In this document: piece after piece, positions 8,043-17,906 of the stretch
Layout of the letters: each line of letters opens with the position of its first letter
How positions within the stretch are numbered: position 1 is the stretch's first letter
Assembly (NCBI GenBank): GCA_963718895.1
Contig: CAVRAG010000007.1
Coordinates: forward strand, 160,001-224,000
Origin: an uncultured Nitrososphaerota archaeon
Lineage (GTDB): Archaea; Thermoproteota; Nitrososphaeria; Nitrososphaerales; Gagatemarchaeaceae
Direction: 5' to 3'
Length of the DNA: 64,000 bases
The notes under the pieces: model-generated
The model's database searches: none
What the model was told of the DNA's origin: nothing
The model's input: the letters and a program-made list of their open reading frames with translations, nothing else
Made by a program: the position numbers and the translations under genes

Positions 8043-8957
8043 TTGAGACTGGTAGTCCTCGCTGGCGGGACCGGGTCGGCAAAGCTGCTCAGGGGCCTGA
8101 AGGCGGAGGCCGGCGAGTTCACGGTGGTCTCGAACGTAGGCGATAACTTCTGGCACCACGGGCTGTACATCGCGCCGGACGTCGACATCGCAGTCTACAC
8201 GCTGGCAGGGCTCGAGGACCCCGTCAGGGGGTGGGGGATCAGGGATGACACCTTCAACGCGCTATCGCAGCTCGGAAGGATGGGGGAGGAGACGTGGTTC
8301 AACCTAGGGGACAGGGACCTGGCGACACACATCTTCAGGACCGAGCAGCTGGGACGCGGGATGAGGCTGGGAGACATCACCCTGGCGATCTGTCGGAGGC
8401 TGGGAGTGAGTCAGCGGGTGATTCCCTGCACCGACGACAGACTGGAGACCTACGTCGCGACCCGGACGGGCGCGATGCACCTCCAGGAGTTCTGGGTCAA
8501 GAACAGGGGCGAACCCGAGGTGACTGGCGTGGAGTACAGGGGCGAGGACGGCGCCAGGCCCGATCGGAGGGCGGTCGAGGCCCTCGAAGGGGCGGAACGG
8601 ATAGTCTTCTGTCCGGCGAATCCCGTGACGAGCATCATGCCCATCCTTGCGGTCAACGGGATCAGGCAGGCGATCGCCAAGAGCGCGGCGAGGAAGATCG
8701 CCGTCTCTCCGATGGTCGGCGGTTCCCCGGTCACCGGGCCGGCGGGCAAGTTGATGAAGGCCATAGGCCTCGAGGCGAACTCGCTCGCGGTCTCGAGGCT
8801 CTACAAGGGGCTCATTGATTGCATGATGATCGACCCAACAGACTCGAACCAGGCCGAGGCGATCGAGGGGGAAGGGGTGAGGGCCGCGGTCGGCTCCATC
8901 CTCATGAGGACCCCGGACGACGAGGCGCGGCTTGCCCGCGACGTCCTGGCCCTGTGA
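8043..8957 (+). CDS. cofD: 2-phospho-L-lactate transferase
   Basis: LAGGTGSAKLL, PDVD, WFNLGDRD, ANPVTSI, GPAGKLM. Confidence 0.93.
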   Translation: MRLVVLAGGTGSAKLLRGLKAEAGEFTVVSNVGDNFWHHGLYIAPDVDIAVYTLAGLEDPVRGWGIRDDTFNALSQLGRMGEETWFNLGDRDLATHIFRTEQLGRGMRLGDITLAICRRLGVSQRVIPCTDDRLETYVATRTGAMHLQEFWVKNRGEPEVTGVEYRGEDGARPDRRAVEALEGAERIVFCPANPVTSIMPILAVNGIRQAIAKSAARKIAVSPMVGGSPVTGPAGKLMKAIGLEANSLAVSRLYKGLIDCMMIDPTDSNQAEAIEGEGVRAAVGSILMRTPDDEARLARDVLAL

Positions 8958-9667
8958 GCGGATCCGTGTCTCAGGACTCCCTTTCTGGGTTCTTGGAGGA
9001 TCCTCTCGAGGGCCCTCGGCTCCAGTCTGCGGGCGCGCTTCAGGGACCTCTCCAGGAAGTTCATCGTGCTGTTCCTCCGACCAAACTTGAAGTATCTATG
9101 GACGTCCCCTGCATGGTCGATGTCGAACGCCACGTTCTCGGAGTAGTACACCGCAGCCCTGGTAGCCGTGGCGGTAGCCTCCCTCAAGTGCTTGTTGAAG
9201 CTGTCATCGTCGTAGTGCAGGGCAATCCGGGTCTCCTTGGTCATGAGGAGGAGGTTGGTCCCGCTGTAGTCTTCGGAGGGAGAGACGATTATCGAGGATC
9301 CCATCCTGTGCAGCGTGAACACTGTCTTGATGTCGTTGGGAGAGATGAGCGGGAGGTCCGCGGGCATGATGAGCCAACCGTCGTAGTCCCCGAGCCTGGC
9401 CATCGAGCCCTCCACGGCTTCGTTGACCCCGCTGTCCCTGTCTTCCTCGATCGAACCAACCCCGTAGCGTCCTGCGAACTTCAGGATCTCTCGGTCGGAC
9501 GAGACGACGTAGGTGTGGGAGCTCTTCTTCGCCTTCGCGACAGCGTAGAGGGTGTCCTCCAGCATGGCGACCTGCAGCTGCTTCCGCTCCCTGGCCCCGA
9601 AGAGCGACGAGAGCCGGGCCTTCGGGTTCGAGCCCTTGACGGGGATTATGAGAGCGATCTTGTTCAC
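8801..9667 (-). CDS. cofC: 2-phospho-L-lactate guanylyltransferase (true 3' end probably near 8960-9030)
   Basis: IPVK...KARLS, MLEDTL, PADLPL, GTNLL, FDID; adjacent to cofD and cofE. Confidence 0.88.
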   Translation of the reverse strand: MNKIALIIPVKGSNPKARLSSLFGARERKQLQVAMLEDTLYAVAKAKKSSHTYVVSSDREILKFAGRYGVGSIEEDRDSGVNEAVEGSMARLGDYDGWLIMPADLPLISPNDIKTVFTLHRMGSSIIVSPSEDYSGTNLLLMTKETRIALHYDDDSFNKHLREATATATRAAVYYSENVAFDIDHAGDVHRYFKFGRRNSTMNFLERSLKRARRLEPRALERILQEPRKGVLRHGSAHRARTSRASRASSSGVLMRMEPTAALTPSPSIASAWFESVGSIIMQSMSPL

Positions 9668-10194
9668 TGCTGGCGCGCCCTCTTCAGCGGCTCGAACCTC
9701 CCGCTCTTGTTGTAGTTCAGCAGCCCAGCGTAAATGGCCCAGTGTATCAAAATGGTCGTGAGCAGCGACTGGTTCATCTCGGGCTCATGGTGCCAAGTGA
9801 TCCCTCTCTCGGCGAGGGCCTCCGCGACCTCCTCGGCCGAGACCGAGCCCTGCCTTGCGGCGAGCTCGACCGCCGTCTTGAACGGCTCGAGCTTCGCGAG
9901 CTGATCTGTGAGGAGCTTGACCTTGTTCCTCGAGGTCTTCTGGAACTTGTGCCCGAACTCGGTCAGTGAGATGTCACCCTTCTCGCTCTTTACAAGGCCC
10001 AGCAACTCGGCGGTATCAAGGATGGGAAGAAGGAACGCGATGTCGCCGCCGAGCTCGTCGGCGAGGCGGGAGGCGTCGATTACCGATCCTAGACCTCCGG
10101 TAACCTCGACGAGGCTAATGACCTGACCGGCCCTGACGTTACCGGGCATCATCGGGACCTTCTTGGCCTCTGTCTGGGATCGTCTATCTGCCAT
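9664..10194 (-). CDS. Stand-alone AAA-associated domain protein of a NitT/TauT-type ABC system
   Basis: wHTH-like LLPILDTAELLGLV...GDISLTEFG and WAIYAGLLNY, resembling the C-terminal domain of NitT/TauT ATPases; directly downstream of the ATPase. Confidence 0.75.
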   Translation of the reverse strand: MADRRSQTEAKKVPMMPGNVRAGQVISLVEVTGGLGSVIDASRLADELGGDIAFLLPILDTAELLGLVKSEKGDISLTEFGHKFQKTSRNKVKLLTDQLAKLEPFKTAVELAARQGSVSAEEVAEALAERGITWHHEPEMNQSLLTTILIHWAIYAGLLNYNKSGRFEPLKRARQQ

Positions 10195-10209
10195 CGAGGA
10201 ACACCACGC

Positions 10210-11142
10210 TTAGGCAAGGTACGAATAAAGCTTATCCACCCAAAGCAGGAACTCGTCGGACTTCTTGTTGCGCGGTCTCGGCAGGTCTATCTTGAGGTCG
10301 ACGACGACGTGTCCCGGCCTGGGGGAGAGCACGACGACCCTGTCCGCGAGCTCGACTATCTCCTCGACGTTGTGACTGACCATTATCACCGTCTGAATCG
10401 AGGTCGATGGGTTCATGAGAAGCGAGAATATCTCCCTGCGCAGGCGATCGGCGGTCAGGTTGTCGAGCGCGCTGAACGGCTCGTCCATGAGCAGGACCTG
10501 AGGCTGGATGGCTAGGGCCCGAGCGATGCCGACTCTTTGTTTCATCCCTCCAGATAGCTCGCCGGGGTAGACGTTCTCGAATCCCCCGAGACCTGCGCTA
10601 TCCAGCGCCTCCGTTGCCACCTTCCTCTTAAGCTCGTCAGTGAGATCGTTCCTCGAGGAGAGCCCGAAGACGACGTTCTCCAGCGACGTCTTCCAAGGGA
10701 GGAGGACGAAGTTCTGGAAGATCATGGCCAGCTCGGCACGTGGTTGATTGATGGGCTCACCTCGGAACTTCACGACGCCCGAGCTCGCCTTCGTCAGTCC
10801 CGCGATGATCCGGAGAAGGGTGGACTTGCCGCAGCCGGAAGGGCCGGTCAGCGCCACAAACTCGTTCTTGTACGCCGAGAGCGAGACGTCGACGAGCACC
10901 GGCATCTCCGCTTTCTCCTTCCTGAAGCTCAGGCTCACGCGTTCGACCTCGACTATCGGCCCTCCTTCGTCCGCCGAGGCTTGGGGGGCGCGACCGATCC
11001 GGTCTCGACCTGGCCCGCCGAGGGCTGGACGGCTCTGGTCCGCTCCGACGCGCTTCCGAACCCGGAGGGGAGCCGAACTGTCAAGCTAACCGCCCCCGTG
11101 GGATTGTTCACCGGGATATCCTTTCTGGTCGCCGGAGCTCAC
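10210..11142 (-). CDS. NitT/TauT family ABC transporter ATP-binding protein (N-terminus disturbed by indels)
   Basis: GPSGCGKST, LSGGMKQRV, LLMDEPFSALD; a GTG at 11142 overlaps the permease stop. Confidence 0.88.
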
Positions 11143-12806
11143 CGGTTGTAGACGAACCGCTTGGTCACGAAGTGGTAGACCCTCCTCCAGACGGTGAGGT
11201 TGAAGGCGACTACCACGGCTGTCATCGAGAGGACGGCCAGCGAGAGGACCAGTCCGTCTCCTGCCCCGTTGTTGGCGTTTATCATGCCGCAGAGCTGGCC
11301 GTTGGCAGAGGAGATGGCACTGGACGCGCACCCGTAGGTCGCTATCACGATTATCTTCCCTATGCCGTCCCCCACCTGGGTCAGGGGGGCGCTGCCGGTC
11401 GAACCGAAGTACTCGGCGACGATTAGGGTGTTCCAGGCCGCTCCGATGGCCGTTATCGAACCGGTGACGAAGGCGGTCGCCACCGCTGGGAGGTATATGT
11501 TACGCCAAGCCTGAAGCGGCGACACCCTCAGGCTCCGCTTCAGCTCGCCGAGGTCCCCAGGTAGCGTCCTGATCCCCGCTATGACATTGAACAGGATGTA
11601 CCAGATCATGCCCAGGAATATGATTATCGCGGCGGTGAGCTCACCCGCCAGCATGCCCGCGAGCAGGGTGAAGGGGATGAGCGCCGGCAGCAGCGCGGGG
11701 GCGGGGATCGACGCGATGGTCTCTATCACAGGGACGAGGGCGTTGTAGGCCCTCTCGTGCAGCGCGACCAGGATGCCCACCGGGACGGCGACGAGGACGC
11801 AGATGAAGTAGACATACCATATCCGTACGAATGAGAAGGCGAGCCCGACGATGATGAACGCCTCGTCACCGGGCGCGGCGGCGAAGTCGGCCGTCAGATT
11901 GAACGAGTGCGCCCCGGTCCTCGCCGAGTTCACGAGGGTCCCGAACTCGAAGAGCAGGAACAGGACGACGAGGATGAGCAAGGCGTACTTCACACCCTTC
12001 CTGAACCTGTTGAGCGAAGAAGTCAGCGCGGTGACGCCCCTCCCCGGGCGGATCAGGAATAGCTTCGAGAGGCTCCTCGCGTTGACCCAAGAGTACCTCT
12101 TCATCAGCCAGTCCTTGTGACCGGCGCGCGGGTCGTCGCCGAACCTGTACTTCTCGGCCCAGAGCGAGAACTCGCGCAGGAAGACCACCTGCCATATCAC
12201 GACCGCGGCGATGAGGAGGATCAGGCAGGAGTAGTAGGCTCCGTAGTCGTGGGCGGTCCCGTAGGTGAGGATGTCGACGCCTATTCCTCGCACAGGAAGG
12301 TTCGAGGTCTCGGTGGAGATCACTTCGCTCGAGATTAGGTAGAACAGCCCCACGGCCCAGGATATCTGGGAGTTGTAGGCGATCCTGCTCAGCGAGGCTG
12401 GGATGTAGATCGAGACGACCCTCTGGAGCGAGCCCGCGCTGGACATCGAAGAGAGGTCGATGTAGTCCTGGGGTATCGATTTCACCGCCTCGTAGACCCC
12501 GAAGGATATGTTCCACGACATGCTGGTGAAGATAAGGAAGACCACGGCGAGGTCGATCCCTGCAGGTCCGGGGACCGCCGCGGCTATCCCGAGTATCACC
12601 AGAGGGAAGAAGCCCAGTATCGGTATCGACTGGAGCACGTCGAGCAGAGGGATTATGACCGCCTCCGCCTTTCGGTTGCGCGCGGCGGTTATCCCGACGA
12701 CGAGGCTGAACAGGATGCTGAAGAACAGCGCGAATATCATCCTGCTCCACGAGAACAGAAGATCGAGGGAGGTGGAGAACAGGTTGAAGTCTGCTGTCGT
12801 GACGAT
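11139..12806 (-). CDS. NitT/TauT family ABC transporter permease (two membrane domains)
   Basis: LDVLQSIPILGF, WN, SIPAPALLP, GAAWNTLIVAEY; homology extends upstream of ATG 12740. Confidence 0.9.
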   Translation of the reverse strand: MVTTADFNLFSTSLDLLFSWSRMIFALFFSILFSLVVGITAARNRKAEAVIIPLLDVLQSIPILGFFPLVILGIAAAVPGPAGIDLAVVFLIFTSMSWNISFGVYEAVKSIPQDYIDLSSMSSAGSLQRVVSIYIPASLSRIAYNSQISWAVGLFYLISSEVISTETSNLPVRGIGVDILTYGTAHDYGAYYSCLILLIAAVVIWQVVFLREFSLWAEKYRFGDDPRAGHKDWLMKRYSWVNARSLSKLFLIRPGRGVTALTSSLNRFRKGVKYALLILVVLFLLFEFGTLVNSARTGAHSFNLTADFAAAPGDEAFIIVGLAFSFVRIWYVYFICVLVAVPVGILVALHERAYNALVPVIETIASIPAPALLPALIPFTLLAGMLAGELTAAIIIFLGMIWYILFNVIAGIRTLPGDLGELKRSLRVSPLQAWRNIYLPAVATAFVTGSITAIGAAWNTLIVAEYFGSTGSAPLTQVGDGIGKIIVIATYGCASSAISSANGQLCGMINANNGAGDGLVLSLAVLSMTAVVVAFNLTVWRRVYHFVTKRFVYNR

Positions 12807-12907
12807 TCTTTGGCGGCTGAGTCCGTGATGTATTAGAGGCTATTGGCGCGATTCAGGTCCGATTCTCCCCGCCGTCGCGGACCCCTCCCGGACAGAGTAG
12901 GCGGTCC

Positions 12908-13411
12908 TCAGCGAATGTAGGAAGTGCTAGACGAGTCGAACCTGGTCACGGTCTCGAACTGGCCGTTGTCCCTGAACATCGCGAACTGCGATATCTCGGG
13001 GAAGAACTGGTGCAACGGCTTCGTCGCCATCTCCCCGGCGATGTGACCCTTGCCCAGGAAGTCGTCGGCAATCTTCCTCCCGAGGTCTCTGACCTGGGCG
13101 TCGTCGGTGAAACCGAGGGCGTGAAGGTACTCGTGGAGCAGTATCATGAACGTGAAGGCGTTCCGCTTGCTCCTCGCCCGCGTCGATCGCCACACGACCT
13201 TCACGATGTTCCTGTTCATCACTATCGCGTTGGAGCCAAGCTCGTGGTAGGCCCCCACGTTGTTCGGGATGTCCCCCAGGACGAGCGAGAGCCCGGCCCT
13301 GTGCATGTCGAGGGAGTCCTCCGCGGCCCTCTTGACGAGCTCGAAGACATCGTCGAAGCCCGTCGCGAGCGCTAGCCGCCTGGAATTCACGTTTGAGTTC
13401 GTTCTGTACAC
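12908..13411 (-). CDS. Conserved archaeal hypothetical protein with HExxH motif (putative metallopeptidase)
   Basis: FMILLHEYLHALG; host-like codon usage. Confidence 0.7.
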   Translation of the reverse strand: MYRTNSNVNSRRLALATGFDDVFELVKRAAEDSLDMHRAGLSLVLGDIPNNVGAYHELGSNAIVMNRNIVKVVWRSTRARSKRNAFTFMILLHEYLHALGFTDDAQVRDLGRKIADDFLGKGHIAGEMATKPLHQFFPEISQFAMFRDNGQFETVTRFDSSSTSYIR

Positions 13412-13575
13412 TCTCCTACATGAGACACGCCCCTAGTAATTAAGCTCCCCCATGGCGCTCGCCACACCCCGACCGACCTGTCGGGCAACCACGCGTCTGA
13501 TATCGGTCCGCTCGGACCAGAGGCGCCTCCGAGTGGCCCGCCTCGTCGAGCCAGGGAGGATTCGGACCGTCGGAG

Positions 13576-14553
13576 CTAGTCGTTCGCTCGACCGCAGTTC
13601 GGGCAGAAGACCACACCCGGCGCCAGGTAGTTCTTGCAGTAGACGCAGGTCCTCTGGGAGCTGGCCGCGGCGGGGAGGGGAAGCGAGGGTGTCGGTGGTG
13701 CGGATGTGGACGGGGGAGGGGCGGACGGCCCTGGACGCACCGCCTCGGAGGGGCCCTTCGATTCACCGGCCTTCCTGAGATGGCGGGCCCTGTTCCGGCC
13801 GCCGAGGAAGACCGCCAGCTCCAGGAGCGTGATGATCGGGACGAAGAGGATGACGTCCAGCAGAGGACCGCCGTCCGGGGTGATTATGGCGGTCCCGATG
13901 TAGGTGACGGCCCAGATTATGACCCTGTTCTTCCTGTAGGTCGAGGCCTGGAGGATGCCGAAGTCTATCACCGTGTAGACGTAGACCGGGATCGTGAACG
14001 CGAACCCGCTCATGGCTATCGTCAGGAAGACCGTGAAGTAGAAGCTCCCCGCGTCGACCAGAGGGGCGATGTTCACCGTGATAAAGAAGGGGGCGAGCGC
14101 AACGAGAAGGAACTTCGCGAGGAAGAAGTAGCCGAAAACGACCCCGAATGCGAAGAGGCCCGTGACGGCCCCGACGAAGGGGTAGATCAGCCCCTTCTCG
14201 CGCTCGTTGAGGGCGGGGCTGATGAAGCGGACGGTCTCGAAGGCGAAGATCGGGGCGTTGAAGATCAGAGCGAAGAGGACCGACGCCACGAGGTAGATCT
14301 CGAGGGGCTGGCTCAGGCCTCCAGAGGCTATCAGCGTCCATCCGTGTGGCAGGAGTTGTTGGTCCACGCTGTTGATGAAGAACCCGATCATCGGCCTGAA
14401 GCTGTTGTAACCCCCCGTGATGAGGGCGGCCGGGTCCTCCGGGACTACCAAGAAGACGGCAAGGATGACGACGAAGCTCGTGAAGGCGACTTTGAACCTG
14501 TGCTTCAGTTCCGATATATGCTCACGGAGCGACATCACGGTTTCGACGGACAA
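13576..14553 (-). CDS. tatC: Twin-arginine translocase TatC with C-terminal Pro-rich linker and zinc ribbon
   Basis: HISELKHR, FISPAL, IITPDG; tail CVYC-x10-CPNC. Confidence 0.9.
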   Translation of the reverse strand: MSVETVMSLREHISELKHRFKVAFTSFVVILAVFLVVPEDPAALITGGYNSFRPMIGFFINSVDQQLLPHGWTLIASGGLSQPLEIYLVASVLFALIFNAPIFAFETVRFISPALNEREKGLIYPFVGAVTGLFAFGVVFGYFFLAKFLLVALAPFFITVNIAPLVDAGSFYFTVFLTIAMSGFAFTIPVYVYTVIDFGILQASTYRKNRVIIWAVTYIGTAIITPDGGPLLDVILFVPIITLLELAVFLGGRNRARHLRKAGESKGPSEAVRPGPSAPPPSTSAPPTPSLPLPAAASSQRTCVYCKNYLAPGVVFCPNCGRAND

Positions 14554-14679
14554 TGTTCCACTCTGGTCTCGAGCGTCTCACACGAGCGCGCTCTTGCCTG
14601 ATGAGCTGCTCGGCAATTGACTGAGACTGGGCGAATTGTTAAGGTTTTAAGCTTTCGAGAACCTAGGGGGTACCCTCGC

Positions 14680-15771
14680 ATGACAGGTGTCACGCTCGAA
14701 AATCTAGTCAAGAAATATGGTTCGGTCCAAGCGGTGAAGGGGGTTTCTCTGGAGATAGAGGACGGGTCATTCGTCGTCCTGCTCGGTCCCTCTGGTTGCG
14801 GCAAGACGACCACTCTGAGGTGCATAGCCGGCCTGGAAGTCCCAGACTCGGGCGATATCCGGATCGGCGACGTCAGGGTGAACGACATGCAGCCCAAGGA
14901 CAGGGACATCGCGATGGTCTTCCAGAACTACGCACTCTATCCCCACATGACCGTCTTCAACAACATAGCGTTCCCCCTCAAGATGAGGAAGGTTCCGAGC
15001 AACGACATCAAGATGCGCGTCCAGAAGGTCGCCGAGCTGCTGAACATCTCCGAGCTGCTCCCCAGGAAGCCGGGACAGCTCAGCGGAGGGCAGCAGCAGA
15101 GGGTGGCCCTCGCCAGGGCCATCGTCAGGCAGCCGAAGGTCTTCCTCATGGACGAGCCCCTCAGCAACCTCGACGCGAGGCTGAGACTGTACACGCGGGC
15201 CGAGCTCAAGAGGCTCAAGCAGGAGCTTAAGATCACGACGATCTTCGTCACCCACGACCAGGCAGAGGCCATGTCGATGGCCGACAAGATAGCGGTCATG
15301 AACGCGGGCGAGCTGGTCCAGTACGCCGAGCCCTACACCATATACAGCAAGCCCGCCTCTACCTTCGTCGCGAGCTTCATCGGGAGCCCCCCGATGAACC
15401 TGATGAAGGCCGTAGTGTCCCCTGCGGGTGGCGGACTCTCTCTCGACACAGGGTCCTTCAAGTACAATGTGCCCAGCGAGGACGTGAAGGCGATCAAGGA
15501 TGCAGGCGTCTCAGAGGTCACCCTCGGCATCAGACCCGAGGACCTAGCCCTCTCCACAAAGCAGACGAACGACGCGATATTCGACGCGGAAGTCTACGTC
15601 GTGGAGCCCCTCGGGGCGAACACGGTGGTCGACCTGAAGATGAAGGACGGGCTCTACAAGGCAGTGGCTTCAGGGACCTTCAGGGCCGACGTCGGCCAGA
15701 AGGTCTGGGTCACGTTCGCTCCTGAGCACACCCACGTCTTCAACACGGCCAGCGGCCAGGCAATCACCTAG
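14680..15771 (+). CDS. Sugar ABC transporter ATP-binding protein (MalK/UgpC-like)
   Basis: GPSGCGKTT, FQNYALYPHMTV, LSGGQQQR, C-terminal TOBE region. Confidence 0.93.
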   Translation: MTGVTLENLVKKYGSVQAVKGVSLEIEDGSFVVLLGPSGCGKTTTLRCIAGLEVPDSGDIRIGDVRVNDMQPKDRDIAMVFQNYALYPHMTVFNNIAFPLKMRKVPSNDIKMRVQKVAELLNISELLPRKPGQLSGGQQQRVALARAIVRQPKVFLMDEPLSNLDARLRLYTRAELKRLKQELKITTIFVTHDQAEAMSMADKIAVMNAGELVQYAEPYTIYSKPASTFVASFIGSPPMNLMKAVVSPAGGGLSLDTGSFKYNVPSEDVKAIKDAGVSEVTLGIRPEDLALSTKQTNDAIFDAEVYVVEPLGANTVVDLKMKDGLYKAVASGTFRADVGQKVWVTFAPEHTHVFNTASGQAIT

Positions 15772-15797
15772 GGCCGTCTTCGGGTCCGGCGCGCACC

Positions 15798-17906
15798 CTA
15801 GGCAGGCCCGACGAAGTAGAGCGGGTGCATCACCCTCAGTCTCGTCCCGTCGGTTATCTGCATGGCACAGACGCTGCTCTCGCTCGCGACCAACCTGGTC
15901 TTGCTCTCTTCGAAGAGTTTGAAGAGGCGGTCGCCGACCGCCATCGACAGGTCGTAGCCCAGAGGACCGTTCTTCATCCCGAAGGTCCCGGCCATCCCGC
16001 AGCAGGTTCCGGTCTCCACCACCTGCACCGTGTATCCGGCCCGCTCAAGGAACGCCATCGCCGGTACCCCGCCGCTCATGGCCCTCTCATGGCAGGCGAT
16101 GTGGAATCCGATCGGCTCGTCGGTGGGGAACGCCGCCTTGAGCTTGACCGCCCCCAGGTCGCTCTGAATCTTCGCAAAGAAGCTGGTGCTGACGGCCGCG
16201 ACCCTCTTCGAGGCATCCCCCGGGACTAGGTTCGGATACATCTCCCTGAGCATGTAGGTGGCCGTCGGCTCGGTCGCCACGACCCCGTAGCCGGACGCGA
16301 CGTAGGGCTCGAGGATCCCTAGGTTGAGCTTCGCGACCTCGGTCGCCTTCTCCACGTCCCCGTAGGAGATGTAGGGCATCCCGCTCCACTTCAGATCAGG
16401 AACCTCGACGGCGTAGCCCATGGAGCGGAGGAGGGCTATCGCCCGGTATCCGAGTTCGGGGTCGTTGTAGTCGGCATAGATGTCGGGGAAGAAGACCAGC
16501 TTGCCCTTCTCCCCGGTACCCTTGCTCGTGCCCTCGAGCCTGTCCCTCAGCCTCGTCCGGCTGAAATGAGGCAGGGTTCTCCTTCGGTCGACGCCCACGG
16601 CCTTCTCCATCAGGAAGCGGGTGAGCGACCTCCTGATCATCCAGTTCGAGACCGGGGCGGTGGCGGATGCCAGGCCAGCCAGCCGGTCCGACGCCATGAA
16701 GAACCCGTTCACTCTCAGCTGCCCGTTCTTCGCCACCTCTTCGGACTTCACCTTGGCTATCATCAGGGGCATGTCGATGTCCACCGGACAGATCTCCTTG
16801 CAGAGGCCGCAGGAGATGCAGAGGTGCGCGAAGGTCGCGTTCTCCAGGCCGTGGACCTCGGCCGTCCATGGGATGCCTATGGGGCCGGGATAGAGGTAGC
16901 CGAAGACGTGCCCGCCAACGATGCCGTATGTGGGACAGATGTTCATGCACGCCCCGCACCTTATGCAGTTTAGCGCGTCGTTGAACGAAGGGTCGTCGTG
17001 CATCTTGGTGCGCCCGTTGTCGAGTATGACGACGTGGAACTCCCGCCCGTCCGATGAACCGGCGAGCGGGACGTGCTGGGTGAAGATCGAGATGTAGACG
17101 GTCTGGCTCTGACCGGTCGCGCTGACCGCGTGGGCCTCGAGCAGTTGGGCGACGTCGTCCCACGACTGGATGATCTTCTCCATCCCCATCACCACGATGT
17201 GAACCTTGGGAAGGCTAGCCACCAACCTCGCGTTCCCTTCGTTGGTCTCGACGATTATCGTGCCAGTCTCGGCCACGCCTATGTTCGCCCCTGTCACGCC
17301 TATTTGGGCCGAGAGGAACAGCGGGCGCAGGTACGGCCTGACCTCCTTCAGGATGGCCTCGGGATCGGCAGGGATCTTCTTGTTCAGCTCGCGAGAGAAG
17401 ATCTCCGCGACGTCTGCGGTTGAGAGGTGCGCGGCTGGGGCGACGAGGTGGACCGGCTTCTCGTTGTTCAGCTGGACTATGAGCTCGCCGAGGTCCGTCT
17501 CCACGCACCTCACACCCGATTCTGCCAGGTGATGATTGAACTCTATCTCTTCGGTCGTGAGAGATTTCGATTTCACGATGAGCTCGGCGCCGGTCCTCTT
17601 CGCCAGCTCGGCAACATAGCGCACCGCATCCTCCCCCGTCTTGGCCATGAAGACGTGGCCCCCGTTCCGCCTCACCGATTCGGCGAACCGCTCGATGAGC
17701 TCGGGGTCTCCCGCCTTCCCGGCCTTCACGCGCCTGTCCGCTGCCTTCATCTCCTCGACCTCGATGCCGAACTCCGCGAGCCCGACCTTCCGGTTCGTCC
17801 GGCTTCTCGCCATCGACCCCCACATCTTGTCCGAGGCCGGGCGGTTCGCTATTGCGCGCTCTACGTCCTCCTTGAGCTTCTCTCTTGCGGTTGTCACGAC
17901 TCTCAC
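15798..17906 (-). CDS. LUD-domain Fe-S protein (LutB-like) fused to CCG/GlpC-like domains
   Basis: KSKS, ETDLGE, NEGN, CIRCGAC, YPGPIG, CISCGLCKEICP, C-terminal HIACH and CCGMAG. Confidence 0.88.
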   Translation of the reverse strand: MRVVTTAREKLKEDVERAIANRPASDKMWGSMARSRTNRKVGLAEFGIEVEEMKAADRRVKAGKAGDPELIERFAESVRRNGGHVFMAKTGEDAVRYVAELAKRTGAELIVKSKSLTTEEIEFNHHLAESGVRCVETDLGELIVQLNNEKPVHLVAPAAHLSTADVAEIFSRELNKKIPADPEAILKEVRPYLRPLFLSAQIGVTGANIGVAETGTIIVETNEGNARLVASLPKVHIVVMGMEKIIQSWDDVAQLLEAHAVSATGQSQTVYISIFTQHVPLAGSSDGREFHVVILDNGRTKMHDDPSFNDALNCIRCGACMNICPTYGIVGGHVFGYLYPGPIGIPWTAEVHGLENATFAHLCISCGLCKEICPVDIDMPLMIAKVKSEEVAKNGQLRVNGFFMASDRLAGLASATAPVSNWMIRRSLTRFLMEKAVGVDRRRTLPHFSRTRLRDRLEGTSKGTGEKGKLVFFPDIYADYNDPELGYRAIALLRSMGYAVEVPDLKWSGMPYISYGDVEKATEVAKLNLGILEPYVASGYGVVATEPTATYMLREMYPNLVPGDASKRVAAVSTSFFAKIQSDLGAVKLKAAFPTDEPIGFHIACHERAMSGGVPAMAFLERAGYTVQVVETGTCCGMAGTFGMKNGPLGYDLSMAVGDRLFKLFEESKTRLVASESSVCAMQITDGTRLRVMHPLYFVGPA

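Noticed and set aside
8801-8957. Long convergent overlap of cofC with cofD
   Set aside because: CofC homology ends near 9030; the tail is probably readthrough from a lost stop or an indel.
11086-11088. In-frame TAG in the ABC ATPase N-terminus, suggesting amber readthrough or pyrrolysine
   Set aside because: The neighbouring frame has host-like codons between two short homopolymer runs, consistent with compensating indels. No pyl genes are in the window.
14595-14630. C/D-box sRNA or hammerhead ribozyme (CTGATGA...CTGA)
   Set aside because: The box spacing is too short for a two-guide sRNA, and there is no GAAA core or supporting stems.
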